64,000 nt of DNA from Psammoneis japonica (lineage: Eukaryota): positions 245,681-309,680 of the forward strand of contig QPGO01000095.1 of the NCBI GenBank assembly GCA_008632985.1, written 5' to 3'. Position numbers and translations under genes: made by a program. The notes below the pieces were generated by a model. That model did not search any database and had not been told where the DNA came from. It was given only the letters and a program-made list of their open reading frames with translations. How positions within the stretch are numbered: position 1 is the first letter of the stretch; each line of letters starts with the position of its first letter. Positions 47,795 to 58,899 of this stretch are shown piece by piece.

Positions 47795-48019
47795 GGGTCT
47801 AGTCTAATGCAGGGATTTGCGTGAACCCGCGTCCAAAAAAAATTGAAATTTTTGTCAGCAGTCAGCTTTGAAACAGACCTGAAAAACTTCAATGTTCCAT
47901 TTTCCCGCCCTTTTGACGCGCGCAAATGAAAGATCTGATTGCGCTGGCCAGGAAAAAATTTATACGACTCCGAAATTCCACGTCCTTGTCATTTTATGTC
48001 CTTCGAAAAATATTTCGTC

Positions 48020-49150
48020 ATGACTGAGGATAGTATTGACGTCGCACATGAAGGCAATTCTTTTTTCTCACGTAGAAACAACCGTGACTTCTACGTAGGA
48101 TACCACCAAGATTTGGCGCCTCATTTCTCTTTCAAAGATCGACCATGGCGCCACCTTTTGAAGCCCCCCAAAACGCAGGAAGATGCAAAGAAGGCAAAGC
48201 TTTCTTTTATGACTGACTTCTTCTCAAAAAACAAATGTCATGGCCATCCAAAGAAGAAGAAAGCGAAGTTTGCAAAGGATGCTGCCAGCAGTGCTGCCAG
48301 AACATCATCGACGAGGCACTTTCTTCGTGCGGTCTGCCAAGAAGACTGCTGCAGCTGAGAATGACAAAGACAAAAAGCGCAAGGCATCAATGGATGGTGG
48401 CAAGAGTGATGGGTCCATTGCAGTGAAGAAACCAAGGACGAATTGGTCCAAGGAGCCTCAGCTGCAAATTGTCAACCATGACGGACGCAGTGAACGAGTG
48501 GCTTGGTTGAGAAGGAATGGCATCATGACAGCAATGGAGAAGCTCATTCAATGCAAGCATTGGCTGGTTTGGTTAAAAGTGTTTGGTGTTGTCAAAAATG
48601 TTTTTATCCTTCATTTGTTGCAGTGCGCCTGCGTGACTTGCCCGCTCTGAGAAGATTTTTGGACAAAACAGAAATCCACAACTCTCAATGACACACAATG
48701 GGACCAACCTGGCAGGATGCATTGTGCAATTGCTCCCAACATTGAAAAAGAAATGGGGAAATTGGTGCAAGCACCATTGAGACATCACGCCGTAAAGTGG
48801 GACATCAGCCGCACGCACTGTGTTGCACTGCTGCAGTTTGTTGCGTGCACGCAACTTGGAAACACATGATGCACAACAGATGATGCAAGTTATGAACTTG
48901 TTCATTTTTGGCATAAACACCATGCTGCAAAGAGAACTGGTGTCCGTTCATCAGCATTTGTGCCACATTCAAGAGGCAAGAAAAGCACTGTTCTCAATGG
49001 AAGTTCAAGGAAGGGCAAAAGTGCACCGAACATGATGCAGCAACTCACAAAACTTTAATGGAGCTTGCAGCTTGTGAGGGGCCAATGCAAAGTGTGCCTC
49101 AATTTGCACTGTGCCTTAAATTGCATTGGACTCCAGTGAAAAATTCAGTG
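48020..49150 (+). pseudogene. Decayed N-terminus of a probable DNA-transposon protein (AT-hook remnant)
   Basis: MTEDS...FFSKNKCHGHPKKKK (consistent with KRRGRPKKKK after CpG decay) and KKPRTNWSKEP; progressively loses TA/CG downstream. Confidence 0.4.
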
Positions 49151-49269
49151 GACTTTTTTTAGGATGAAGCCACAGACCCCATGACCCAAGCATGTGTCGG
49201 TGGAAAGGTGGCACAGAGCTCTTCAAGACACATTTAGAGTCTCATGTTGAATGGAGACAACTGGGGAAG

Positions 49270-52200
49270 CTTCATGCATTCCTCCTGACCAGGTGAGGCA
49301 TGGACAGACTTTGTGGAGATTTTGCTGTGATCACACGTGTGTGACGCACTGCAGACTTCTGTCTTTCTCAATCTGCTTCACCTCGCCTCGCAAAAACAGC
49401 GCTTGTCATGCTCAAGGCATTTTCCCTTGCACCAGCAACAAGATCACAGCAATCAACAAATGAAAACACTGTGCTGTCCAGCTGTTTGTTGTTGAGTCAA
49501 GTGTTGTTGATCCAGAGTTGTTTGTTGCTCACAATGTCAGCTGCTGCAGACCTGACAGAAATTGAAGACAACTGGGTGGAAGAAAACAACAACTCCTTGC
49601 TGCTGTCTAAATGGCAGATGAGTCTTCATGCAGAGACCATCACAGGAGCCAAAAGACTGGTGTTGTGATGTCAGCACTGCTGTCATTGAGCCAAACCACA
49701 TCATGCACTGTGCACGCAACTGAGAGCACACACAATTGTGTGCGACAAACTCAAATCTCATTCAAATCCTGTCACTCCCCAGTTTGCTTGAGGAGTCCAC
49801 AGCAATGGATTCAAGGTCAGATTGGTTGAAAGCCTTGGGATCAAAGTTCCAAAACATTAGAGGACAAAGGATGTTCCAGACCTGGGAGCAGCCCCAGTGC
49901 TTGCTGAGAATGTCAGCTGGGTTGCAGGAACCTTGGGAAACTGGAGGCAATCACCTCGCACACATGGTGGAACAAGAGGGCAGTGTGTCGCTTGTGTAAC
50001 TTGGAGTGTGGGATGGCAGCACTGTCCACAACCAACTTGTTGTCCCCAAACATGTGACATGTTTCACGAATGGGGATGCCAAGGCAACGCAAAGTGATGT
50101 GCAGACCATCAATGAGTGCATCTGTGAGGCGTCCATCAGCAACAAGTTGTGCCTTGTGCCACCCGTCATGTTTGACGTTGCAGACTAGATGCACCCTGAT
50201 CTTCTTGTGTGGAGTCCTTGCAGTGTCCACAGTCATAGAAAACCTTGTGCTCACCCCAGCTGAGTCATCTCAAGGTCTGTTGCATCCCCAACTTGTGGTT
50301 GCCATTGCACTTGTCAAGGGCCAAGGTGTGCCTGCAATCTTGTGGCACTTCATGCCTGTGCTTGTGTTGTGGTGCAGTGCAAAATGAGCACAGCTTGGCT
50401 TGGTTGGTCATGTGGAATGGCTTCTTCTGGTGCAGAGCCACAGTTTGGAAGAGTTTCCAGCTTTTGGTTTCAAGCAGGCTGTGTTTGCCTGTGCAGATGA
50501 CACAGGTGATGGGATTGTCCTTGGCAATGATGGCAAGGGGCTCCAATGCAATCTCCCCATTCTCCCATTCAAGCATGACATTGTGGCTTGGGCTGGATGG
50601 TCCTTTGTGCAAAATGATGTCGGAACTTCCAAAGAGTGGAGTCCTTGTCTTCTTGCTTGATGTGGTGCATGATGTCATTGCAGGCAAGGATTTTTTCACA
50701 TTCATCATTGTCAACAGAGCAAACAAATTTGACCAGTTCCAGGTTGTTGCCAATTTTCCAGTCATGGTCTTCAACCTTCAATGGCCTTGAAGATGCGGGC
50801 TCTGCAACATTGTCTGTCCTCAACCTCAGAGTCAAAGGCCTTGAAGATGTGGGCTCTGTGACGTTGTCAGTCCTCAACCTTGGGGTCAAAGACTGGCATT
50901 TTGAGCATCCTGATTGCCTCCCCATCTGGTGGATCTGGTGAATCCTTGAAGTTGTGTGGGGGTTTGATGACGGGTTTGGCAGATTTCTTGTCAGGATGAG
51001 GGTCAAGATGCAGGTTGGAAGTGGACGGATCATGGGCACATTCAGCATTGGTGTGCGGGCATGTGGCAATGTGTAGAAGGCCACCTTTGATGTCGGCAGG
51101 GATGACACATCCATTGATGGTGGTGATGCACTGCAGACCATTGGGAACCTTGATCAACCGATCATTGATGCAGTGTTTGTGCCATGCAAGTTGGCCACAC
51201 GAGTGCATGGTGATGCCACCATTTGCACTGTGATCCATGAGAGCACCCTTGCAAGTCGAGTTGTGTGTCAAGGTGGAGCAGACAACATTGTGACTGTTGG
51301 CATGATGACAAGTGTGGCCATTGATCTCAATGTTGGCAGCAGCAGCATGGGAGGATGTAGATCTGGGGGGTTCTCACCAGAGTGGGCCGATGGTGGCCTT
51401 TTGGGCTTTCAGGTGCAAGGAGGCATTGCAAGTCACCAGGTGGCAAAGGCTTGCACCTGGTGAGGTGTGCCAGGATGGGGTTGGCATTGGCTGCATCTGC
51501 TGTGGCATCGGGTGGTTTTGGGGCTGATGCAAGATTGTGAGCATTGGCAGACAAGTTGACACCTGGCAGTTGCCGGCACAGACAGTGTGCAAGCCAAGGA
51601 TGATGGCCTTGGTAGACTGAGGCAAGGCATCCTAGATGTGTTGGTGATCCAGCAAGATGCAGCACCATTGTTCCCTGGTGAGGGAGGTGCCACGAGTCTG
51701 TGCAGCGCAGGCTTGGATGATGTCAACATCACTGTCGATGTTGAACAACACATCATCTTCAGGGTTGTTGGGGGCCAGGTCATGTTTGCAGATGGCACAG
51801 CACGGAGTGCATGAGGCTGTCTTGGGGTGAACGTGCTGTTGCACTGTGCTGCCATAGAGAGGAGGAGCCCACAGCACTGTTTGAGTGAAACGCCCATGCC
51901 ATTCTGTGTGCAGAACTGATTGGCTTGGTTCTTTGCTGAACGGAGTTTTTCAACAGGGTGAATGGCATTCTCAAGCATGATGTGTTTCTGGCCAGCAAGA
52001 AGCTGTCCGCATTTGGGATGAGAGCTTCACACTTGCAAAGTCAGTCCTGCCAGTGAAGCATGAAGGCATGAGCAGAGCCTTTCCAGGTGCCATCACCAAG
52101 GCCAAGGCGAGCGGTGGTGAGGTGCGTGAGAAGGGTTGAGGACTCCAGAGATGCGCAAGCATGTGCAAGGGTGCACTTGGACAGTTCACAACACACTGCT

Positions 52201-52950
52201 TGAGCATCAGAGGAGCCAACATGTTCACAAACAAGTGCCTTGCCTTTGTCACTTTGCAAGATGCACTCAAATGTGGCGAACATGTGCTTCTGTTGTTTGG
52301 TGAGCAGGGCCTTGTCCTCAGCTGCAGAGGGCTTGCATGTTGGATCAAGAATGCGGTCGATGTTCTGGGAGCGGGCCTGTGCGACAACAGAGGTGCGCCA
52401 TGTGTGCCAATGTTTGTTGGGCTTGAGAGTTGCAAAGGCAAGTGGGTCACGTTTGCTGCCTCATTTAAAGTCATGCACGGGGTCACATGGTTTTGGGGGC
52501 AATGAGCCAGGTGCAGGAGCAGATGGCACTGTGCCCGCTGTGGAAAGGGACGCTGCACACTCAGGGCTAAGACGACAGTCAGCAAACCCCTCATGCACAA
52601 ACAAGGCAGGGTTGTTGCTGACATTGGCATCTCTGTGCACTTTTGCCATGCATGGGCCAATCAACGCAGCCATCTGTGCTTTGCAGCTGCGTGGCAAGGG
52701 CATTTGATTGGTGCCATCATTGCAAACCAGGGCATCGAGTTGCGTCAGAGTAAAAGTGAAGAGATCCTGGCAGGAGTCAGTGCCATCAATGCTGAAGGTG
52801 AAGAAAAGTGGACTGTCTGTGACTTGATTGGGAACAGGCAGTGCCTAAAATGTGCTCAAAGCCATTGTTTTGTTGCTGCTTAAAATGACTTGAAACTGGA
52901 CTTGAAGTCTTGAACTGTCTGCAAATCAGAAGCCACTGGGCTGTGATGTC
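49270..52950 (-). mobile_element. Second, older and internally deleted Copia (different CoDi lineage); ends approximate
   Basis: RNase H NPADILSKHWGCSQVW and MFGDNKLVVDS...KLHKRH; RT start KKIRVHLVCNVKHDG; EWENGEIALEPL; gag ILQSDKGKALV...DAQ; PPT GGGGAG at ~49775-49780. Confidence 0.82.
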
Positions 52951-53154
52951 CCATTCACAGTTGTGTGCCAAGCTTCCACCCGGTCCACAGAGTTGTGCCA
53001 GCATGTCCAAACCCCCAGCTGGCAACACTTTGGGTTGCCTGAGAGCAGAGTGATGGGTTTAAAACCCCTGCTGACAAGCCAGACAACTCCTTGTTTTCAC
53101 TTTTGCAGGGCAACAACATCCTGTGCCTTTTTAGAATCAGACGCAGTGCCGGCT

Positions 53155-54343
53155 TGGTGCAGCAATGACAGCATGTGACCAACGGGTGGGGTCTGATGCC
53201 TCTTCACCATGCCATTTTGTTCAAACAGAATCTTGAGGTGATTTCTGATTTGCTGGACATTCACTTGAATCCACATGGTGGTGGACCGTGGCGGGCGCCG
53301 GACACCCATGGATTGCATGGCTTTTTTCGGCACTTTTTGGAACGTGAAGGAGAGGATGACAAACAGCCAGATGATGTGCTCAGTGCAGATCTAGCTGACA
53401 TGCTGCAACTTTTGACAAGAGCTTGGATGGAATGCCACAAAGCAAGTGGCTCAGAAAGACTTTCGACTCCGCTTCATCGAGCAGTCGAAGTTGCGTTTTC
53501 CCACAAAAGGATTTGTCATTCACATTGGCGGTTTTGAAGATTCTGCTGGAAACAAGCCTGTTCACAGTACAAGCACAAGACAGCAATGGGTGTACACCAC
53601 TCCACTTGACTTCCAGACACGATGATGCAAATGAGCGACTGAAGCTCTTGCTGAATGTGACACCCGCAGCTGTCTCTTGGAATCCCGGGATAAAAACGGC
53701 CAAACACCCCTTTCCAGCGCTGTCTTTTGGTTTGCCTCTCTGAAAATTTTTGAGACGCTTGTAGCTGCCGAAAGACAAGAGCAACAAGACACCGCTCGGC
53801 TGATTGCAAGCGACGAGGGCACTGTGGCATCCGAGTGTTACCTGAACCTGAATGTTGCCAAGATGCTCGCCATGGGCCGCCGCTGCAATTCCGACTCTGT
53901 GTTATTGCGCAAGTCCATTCTCCTTGAGAAATGCCCTGTCGAGTTGGTACGTGCGTTTCTCCGGGCTTTTCCAGAACAAGCTCTGTGCAAGGACGAAAAG
54001 GGTAACCTTCCTCTCCACCTTGCAGCCACCATGACACCCAAACCATGTGAACGCGAGGCTTTTACGTCGTTACTCGAGAAACTCATTCAAGCTTTTCCAG
54101 CAGGACCAAAGACAACCAACGACGCTGGTCTGTTGCCACTGGCGTCCTTTGTTTGTGCCAAGCGCAAGTGGAACGAAGGACTCGAGACACTCTTGCAAGC
54201 TCATCCAGCAGCCGTCATGGATCAACATTTGCCTCCCTGTGCCGTGACGCAAGCTACTGTCCAAATTGGGCAAACGCTCAGACAACCCAACCGTGCTCTA
54301 TCAATTGCTACGAGACGCTCCGTCTCTGGTCAGTCGAGTGTAG
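53155..54343 (+). pseudogene. Ankyrin-repeat gene copy C: 5'-truncated, 5' part hypermutated, frameshifted
   Basis: Aligns to ~35860-37071; WMEYYKT reads WMECHKA at ~53430. Confidence 0.88.
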
Positions 54344-54430
54344 AATACGCATAGTTTAGAGTAGAATCATCATCATCAAGCTGGCTACAACAGTTTTCAA
54401 TGTATATGTAGATTCCACATTTTTCTTTTT

Positions 54431-55035
54431 TTATTTCTTGACTTCATTCTTCATGGCAAAGCTTTGCGTAAATTCTCTGCACGCTGAGTGCTTCGGCTTC
54501 ATTGTTTTTCCAAACCTCCGCCACGGTATTGTCCAGCGGATCATCGGGATTGGGCGCACTCAGCAGGGCTTGAATCGACAGCAACACGGTTCGAATCTGC
54601 AGGGCCGGACTCCACTTGTCCTTGAGAATATCCAAACAGATTCGTCCCAACTTGTCCACGTTGGGGTGATAAATTTTGGTTAAAAACCGGACTTTGGGTG
54701 GTGCCATGGGATAATCGGCGGGCAAAAATAATTCCAATTGAAAGACACCGCCCTCGTAGGGAGAATCGGTGGGGCCTTCAATGGCCACGGCAAAGTAGCG
54801 TAAATTGTCCGCGTATGGAGTGGCACTAATGCCAACGACAGGTTCTGCAATCAAACGTTGCGTTTCCTATGAAAAATGAAAACGAGAAAAAAGCAAACGA
54901 GTTAAGAGGCGCAGCCATAATGTACATAGAGTGGGAAGAGTGAGTGAAAACTCCATCTATGCGCGAGTAACAACAACACTGCTTGAACTTTTACCTTAGA
55001 ATTCGACGCGGAAGACCCCCGTTGTTGGATGACAT
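54431..55035 (-). CDS. UBC13: Ubiquitin-conjugating enzyme E2 N (Ubc13); intron 54867-54994; apparent single-A deletions at ~54996, ~54484 and ~54477
   Basis: [13 protein letters not shown](K)|ETQRL...[60 protein letters not shown]. The copy A fragment supplies the in-frame C-terminus [18 protein letters not shown]. Confidence 0.93.
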
Positions 55036-55676
55036 TTTTAATTCTTCTTCTGCAAACGCTTGTAAGAAATACACAAAAACAATGCAATACTAGCGGCGAT
55101 ACAACTACTACAACAGCGCCGCCACCGCCGCTTCCCCAGCAAGAGCAATGAGACAAAGACCGCGTGTGTTGGCTTTTTTCGAGGCGGATGGAACGAAATA
55201 ATTCTCAAATTGAAAGGACATTCTAATACATTTATACTAATTATGAATTCTCCATTATTTTCTTTTTTAAATATGCTATTGGTTTAGGCCTTTCATTATC
55301 TAATATGCCATTTGATAGAGCCTTTCAGCCTCGCAAATAGATTGTCCTTGTCAACCATAGTCGCACGAAATTTTTCCGTTCCGGTATTGACCTACGTGAA
55401 ATCTATGCATGTAGCATTATTATTGATTTTCACATGCATGTTTTCTGGTACAAAATTTGTGTAACATTCCAACCGCTGACACAGCGAAACGTAGGATGTA
55501 GTACTGAATCTACGCAGCGATTCAATTTTTTGCACAGTTTGCAACAAAAACAACGGTGAAACAAATAAAAAATACTGTTGTTGTTGTGTCATGTAAGACA
55601 ACTCTCCTCAGCATATCCATCCTACCGATTCTTCATTTTGACAGCAGAGAGACAGTTGATTGCAATTGAAAAAGCC

Positions 55677-58040
55677 ATGGTGGGCACGCAAGAACGATCG
55701 TCGCCTCTTGCTGCAGGCAACAACTCTCCGGTTGTGCCTCCACCGGTTCAGGAATTCTTAACGGGTGAAACCGAATTGAGGCGATCGGTCGAGCAAGCTA
55801 TTGCTCATACTCATCGTTTAGTCGATGACGACGTTCGACGTAGTAATAGTCCTCTCGTAGAGACATTTAGGATTGCACAAGAAGAAGAAGAAGAAGAGCG
55901 CAACGAGGATACCAACAACAACGGCGACGTTATGCAACCTCCGGCCCGAGAATTTCTAACGGGCCCAGGTGCACTACGACAGTCTGTCTTGGATGCCATT
56001 GCTCAAGTTCAACAGGTGGAATCACCATCAAGGGTAGAGAATCACGATCATGATGATGCTCCACTAGAAGAAGAAGAAGATGCTCCGCCAGAGGAGGCTG
56101 CTCCTGATTTTGAGGTGGCCCGAGACGCCATTCAGCGCTCGGTTCGAGAAGCCAGACGTTCCATTCAAGAGGCTGTTGATCACATGCAGGCTGCCTCGAG
56201 GCGTATGGATGAGATTATGAATCGGGCAGTCAATGACAATGATGTTCGACGTCAAGATGATAATGACGACGACGACGATTCAATGCCGCCGCTGTTGGGC
56301 CGTAACAACGAATTATTTCATGTGCGTGCTCCAAATAATAACAATGGTTTGGAGCTCTATGATAGTGACAATGATGACACTGTGCCGAGCGTGAGACCTC
56401 GTTTTGCTGCCCCTGCGCGCCGCGGCGTGAGGCGCCCCTACGAGTCGGATAGCGATGAAGACAGCTTGGATGATGATGACTCTATGCCACGCCTGAGACC
56501 TCGCTATGGACCTCCGCCGCGCCTCCGACGCTTTTCGGGCCTTGATGATTATGACGACTCGGATGACGACGCTATACCTGCCTTGCGTCCACGACGTACG
56601 GCTTTGGATGATTCATCGTCGGAGGAGGATGATGATGATAGCATGCCGGGTTTGGTGGCTCCGCCATCTGGTCGTTTTGCTCGGTGGCAACTTGGATTTA
56701 CCGAGTTTCCTCAAGTCCAAGAACTCAGTGACGATTTGGTGACGCACATTTTGTCCTTTGTGTCGGAGATTCCCTTTGAAAAGCCTGTCGCCCGACACAA
56801 TCCCACCCAAATCAAGTCGACTCTGTCCGATGATTTGCCTGTTGTTTGCAAGCGCTTTCATCGGCTCTGTGTCGATTCGGCCACTTATTATTGGCGGATT
56901 GGATTGGAGCGTCTCGTGACACGCGAACCGTCTCTGTGGAGAAAGGGATTGCTTAGCATCATGGGCAATCACGAAGAAGAAGACACGGACGATGAAGAGG
57001 AGGAAAGTGCGGCAGAGCTTGTGGAACGGGCTTTTGCGACTGTAAATGCCGAAAGTTACAAGGCTCTCTTTCAACAAGTCCACCGGGACTACCTTTGCTC
57101 GACAAAACCTGTCTTTACCATGCCCGGCTTTGTTCGGTTGGGTCGACAGTTTGGAATTCACTTTTTTGAACCCCGTTACCGACGAATGATTGCCGACGTG
57201 TTGGAACTCTTTCCCGAGTCTGCCCGCATTGGTGATGACATTCTTCCTAATGAAAACGGCGACGTTCCTACCTTTATCTATGCCACGTCGACTCCGTTGC
57301 GCGTTGGGTCGACCGCGTGTGTGGTGCAAGTGCAGCATTGCATTGTCCACGAGGACGGCACGGCGGACGCTTCACTCATTCCCCTCTATCATGTGCGGCT
57401 GCAAAGCGTTGACGAAATTCCCGACTCGGGTCGGTTGCATGTAGCGTCGTGTATTCGTTTGGGCAGTGCCGAGTCGCAACGATTGAACCGAGCGACGCCC
57501 TTTGGAGATTTGGGACTGGATGGGGCAGAGATCAATGTCGGGCGTGCCATTGATCATTTCCTTCAGTACTTGGCAGCTGGGATTCCTGGACATGGGCGTT
57601 TTGCGTTTCGTGATCCAGATGATGATGAAGACGAGGATGATGATGACTCTGTGGATGGAGAGGAGGATGAAGACGATGGTAGCGAGGATGACGAAGGCGT
57701 GCTCCGTGGATTTTTTGGAGTTCGGAGAGGTGCCGGGAGAATTGTTGCCAGGGCGGCAATACTCAACCGTGGCAATGATGATGATGAAGAAAGCGACGAT
57801 GATGACGAGACGGATGACGACATGCCACCGCTGATTGGCCGCGAGGAGATGGAAGAGGAGCTACCCCCGCTCGTCAGGAGCCGAAGTGACGTGCGGGACC
57901 CGGGTCACATGCCGAATGACCAGCAAGGTCGTCGAGCCGACGAACTGGGTCAACCAGAAGGCGATGATGACGATTCGCATGGGGAGTTGCGCGCAGCAGC
58001 TCTATTCGGTGTACGTCGAGCTGGGGCCCGAGATGAATGA
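55677..58040 (+). CDS. F-box protein with a LON N-terminal (substrate-binding)-like domain and long acidic disordered regions
   Basis: F-box-like LSDDLVTHILSFV...LPVVCKRFHRL; LON-like PVFTM...GIHFFEPRYRRMIADV; first ATG at 55677. Confidence 0.8.
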   Translation: MVGTQERSSPLAAGNNSPVVPPPVQEFLTGETELRRSVEQAIAHTHRLVDDDVRRSNSPLVETFRIAQEEEEEERNEDTNNNGDVMQPPAREFLTGPGALRQSVLDAIAQVQQVESPSRVENHDHDDAPLEEEEDAPPEEAAPDFEVARDAIQRSVREARRSIQEAVDHMQAASRRMDEIMNRAVNDNDVRRQDDNDDDDDSMPPLLGRNNELFHVRAPNNNNGLELYDSDNDDTVPSVRPRFAAPARRGVRRPYESDSDEDSLDDDDSMPRLRPRYGPPPRLRRFSGLDDYDDSDDDAIPALRPRRTALDDSSSEEDDDDSMPGLVAPPSGRFARWQLGFTEFPQVQELSDDLVTHILSFVSEIPFEKPVARHNPTQIKSTLSDDLPVVCKRFHRLCVDSATYYWRIGLERLVTREPSLWRKGLLSIMGNHEEEDTDDEEEESAAELVERAFATVNAESYKALFQQVHRDYLCSTKPVFTMPGFVRLGRQFGIHFFEPRYRRMIADVLELFPESARIGDDILPNENGDVPTFIYATSTPLRVGSTACVVQVQHCIVHEDGTADASLIPLYHVRLQSVDEIPDSGRLHVASCIRLGSAESQRLNRATPFGDLGLDGAEINVGRAIDHFLQYLAAGIPGHGRFAFRDPDDDEDEDDDDSVDGEEDEDDGSEDDEGVLRGFFGVRRGAGRIVARAAILNRGNDDDEESDDDDETDDDMPPLIGREEMEEELPPLVRSRSDVRDPGHMPNDQQGRRADELGQPEGDDDDSHGELRAAALFGVRRAGARDE

Positions 58041-58282
58041 ATCTTTGGACTGAGGCTTTGTTGAATTTGGTCTGGTTATGACTACGGCACGAGTATCCGG
58101 CAGACTTTCATTGTGAGATGACATACGTTGCTGCTGCACTGTTGTTAAAGAAGTGTGCTCGTATGTTTATTGTTATTCCATTTAAAGAACTTTGTTAAGA
58201 AAATTCCCACCCTGCAATTCTAATAGAAGTACAAGCGTTGATGGCTTGCTACGGCGTTCCAAGGTGATTTCGAACTGAAAAA

Positions 58283-58638
58283 TCATTCCTCATCATCGAA
58301 GTCATCCTCATCATCCGGCAAAACCATTTGTCCCGATTGCATCGCTCTCCAGTATTCATAAGAATCATTCTTGTTGTTTGCATAGACGTATAGACCGGTT
58401 CAAAACAACGCGAGCGACAGTGGAAAGGCGAGTCGTCTTGCACCCGGTCTAGGCGGTGGCGGTGGGGTGATTTGTAAATGGGTGGTGGTACCGAGTAATC
58501 CACGGGTGGAATTCCGTGCGCATGTTGCTTTACTTGGGTTTGTACCGCTCGACGTTGTCGACGTGCTTTTGTTGCAAACTGTCGTCCGCACCACCGTCGT
58601 TGACATTTCAAGCATGATTGTCTCAAGAGGCTGTGCAT
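58283..58638 (-). CDS. Small probable mitochondrial single-TM protein (frame broken in this sequence)
   Basis: Arg-rich presequence MHSLLRQSCLKCQRRWCGRQFAT; the second frame gives PPPPRPGARRLAFPLSLALF*TGLYVYANNKNDSYEYWRAMQSG...DEE*. Confidence 0.6.
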
Positions 58639-58899
58639 TTTTTTTTCAAACACAAAAAAGGTGCAAAAAAATGGCAAGGATGCGAAAGAGAATGGGAGGG
58701 CGAGTGTCAATAACACTACGCCCTTCCCAGGAGTCCGTTGTAAGAGTTCCAAAGTGGTTATTCTAGCATTGTGAGGTGGTGCGGGGTGTCGTGGAATAAT
58801 CGGGTGAAACGGTGAGACGCTGATGAAGGACAGAAATTGCGCGCGCGGTTCGTCACGTGCGCGAGCCAATCACGCACTCAAACACAGCACGGCTGCGCT

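Noticed and set aside
54431..55035. UBC13 (PCNA K63-polyubiquitination pathway) as part of the mutator system
   Set aside because: It is an ordinary housekeeping gene and proximity is the only link; nothing in the sequence ties it to the signature.
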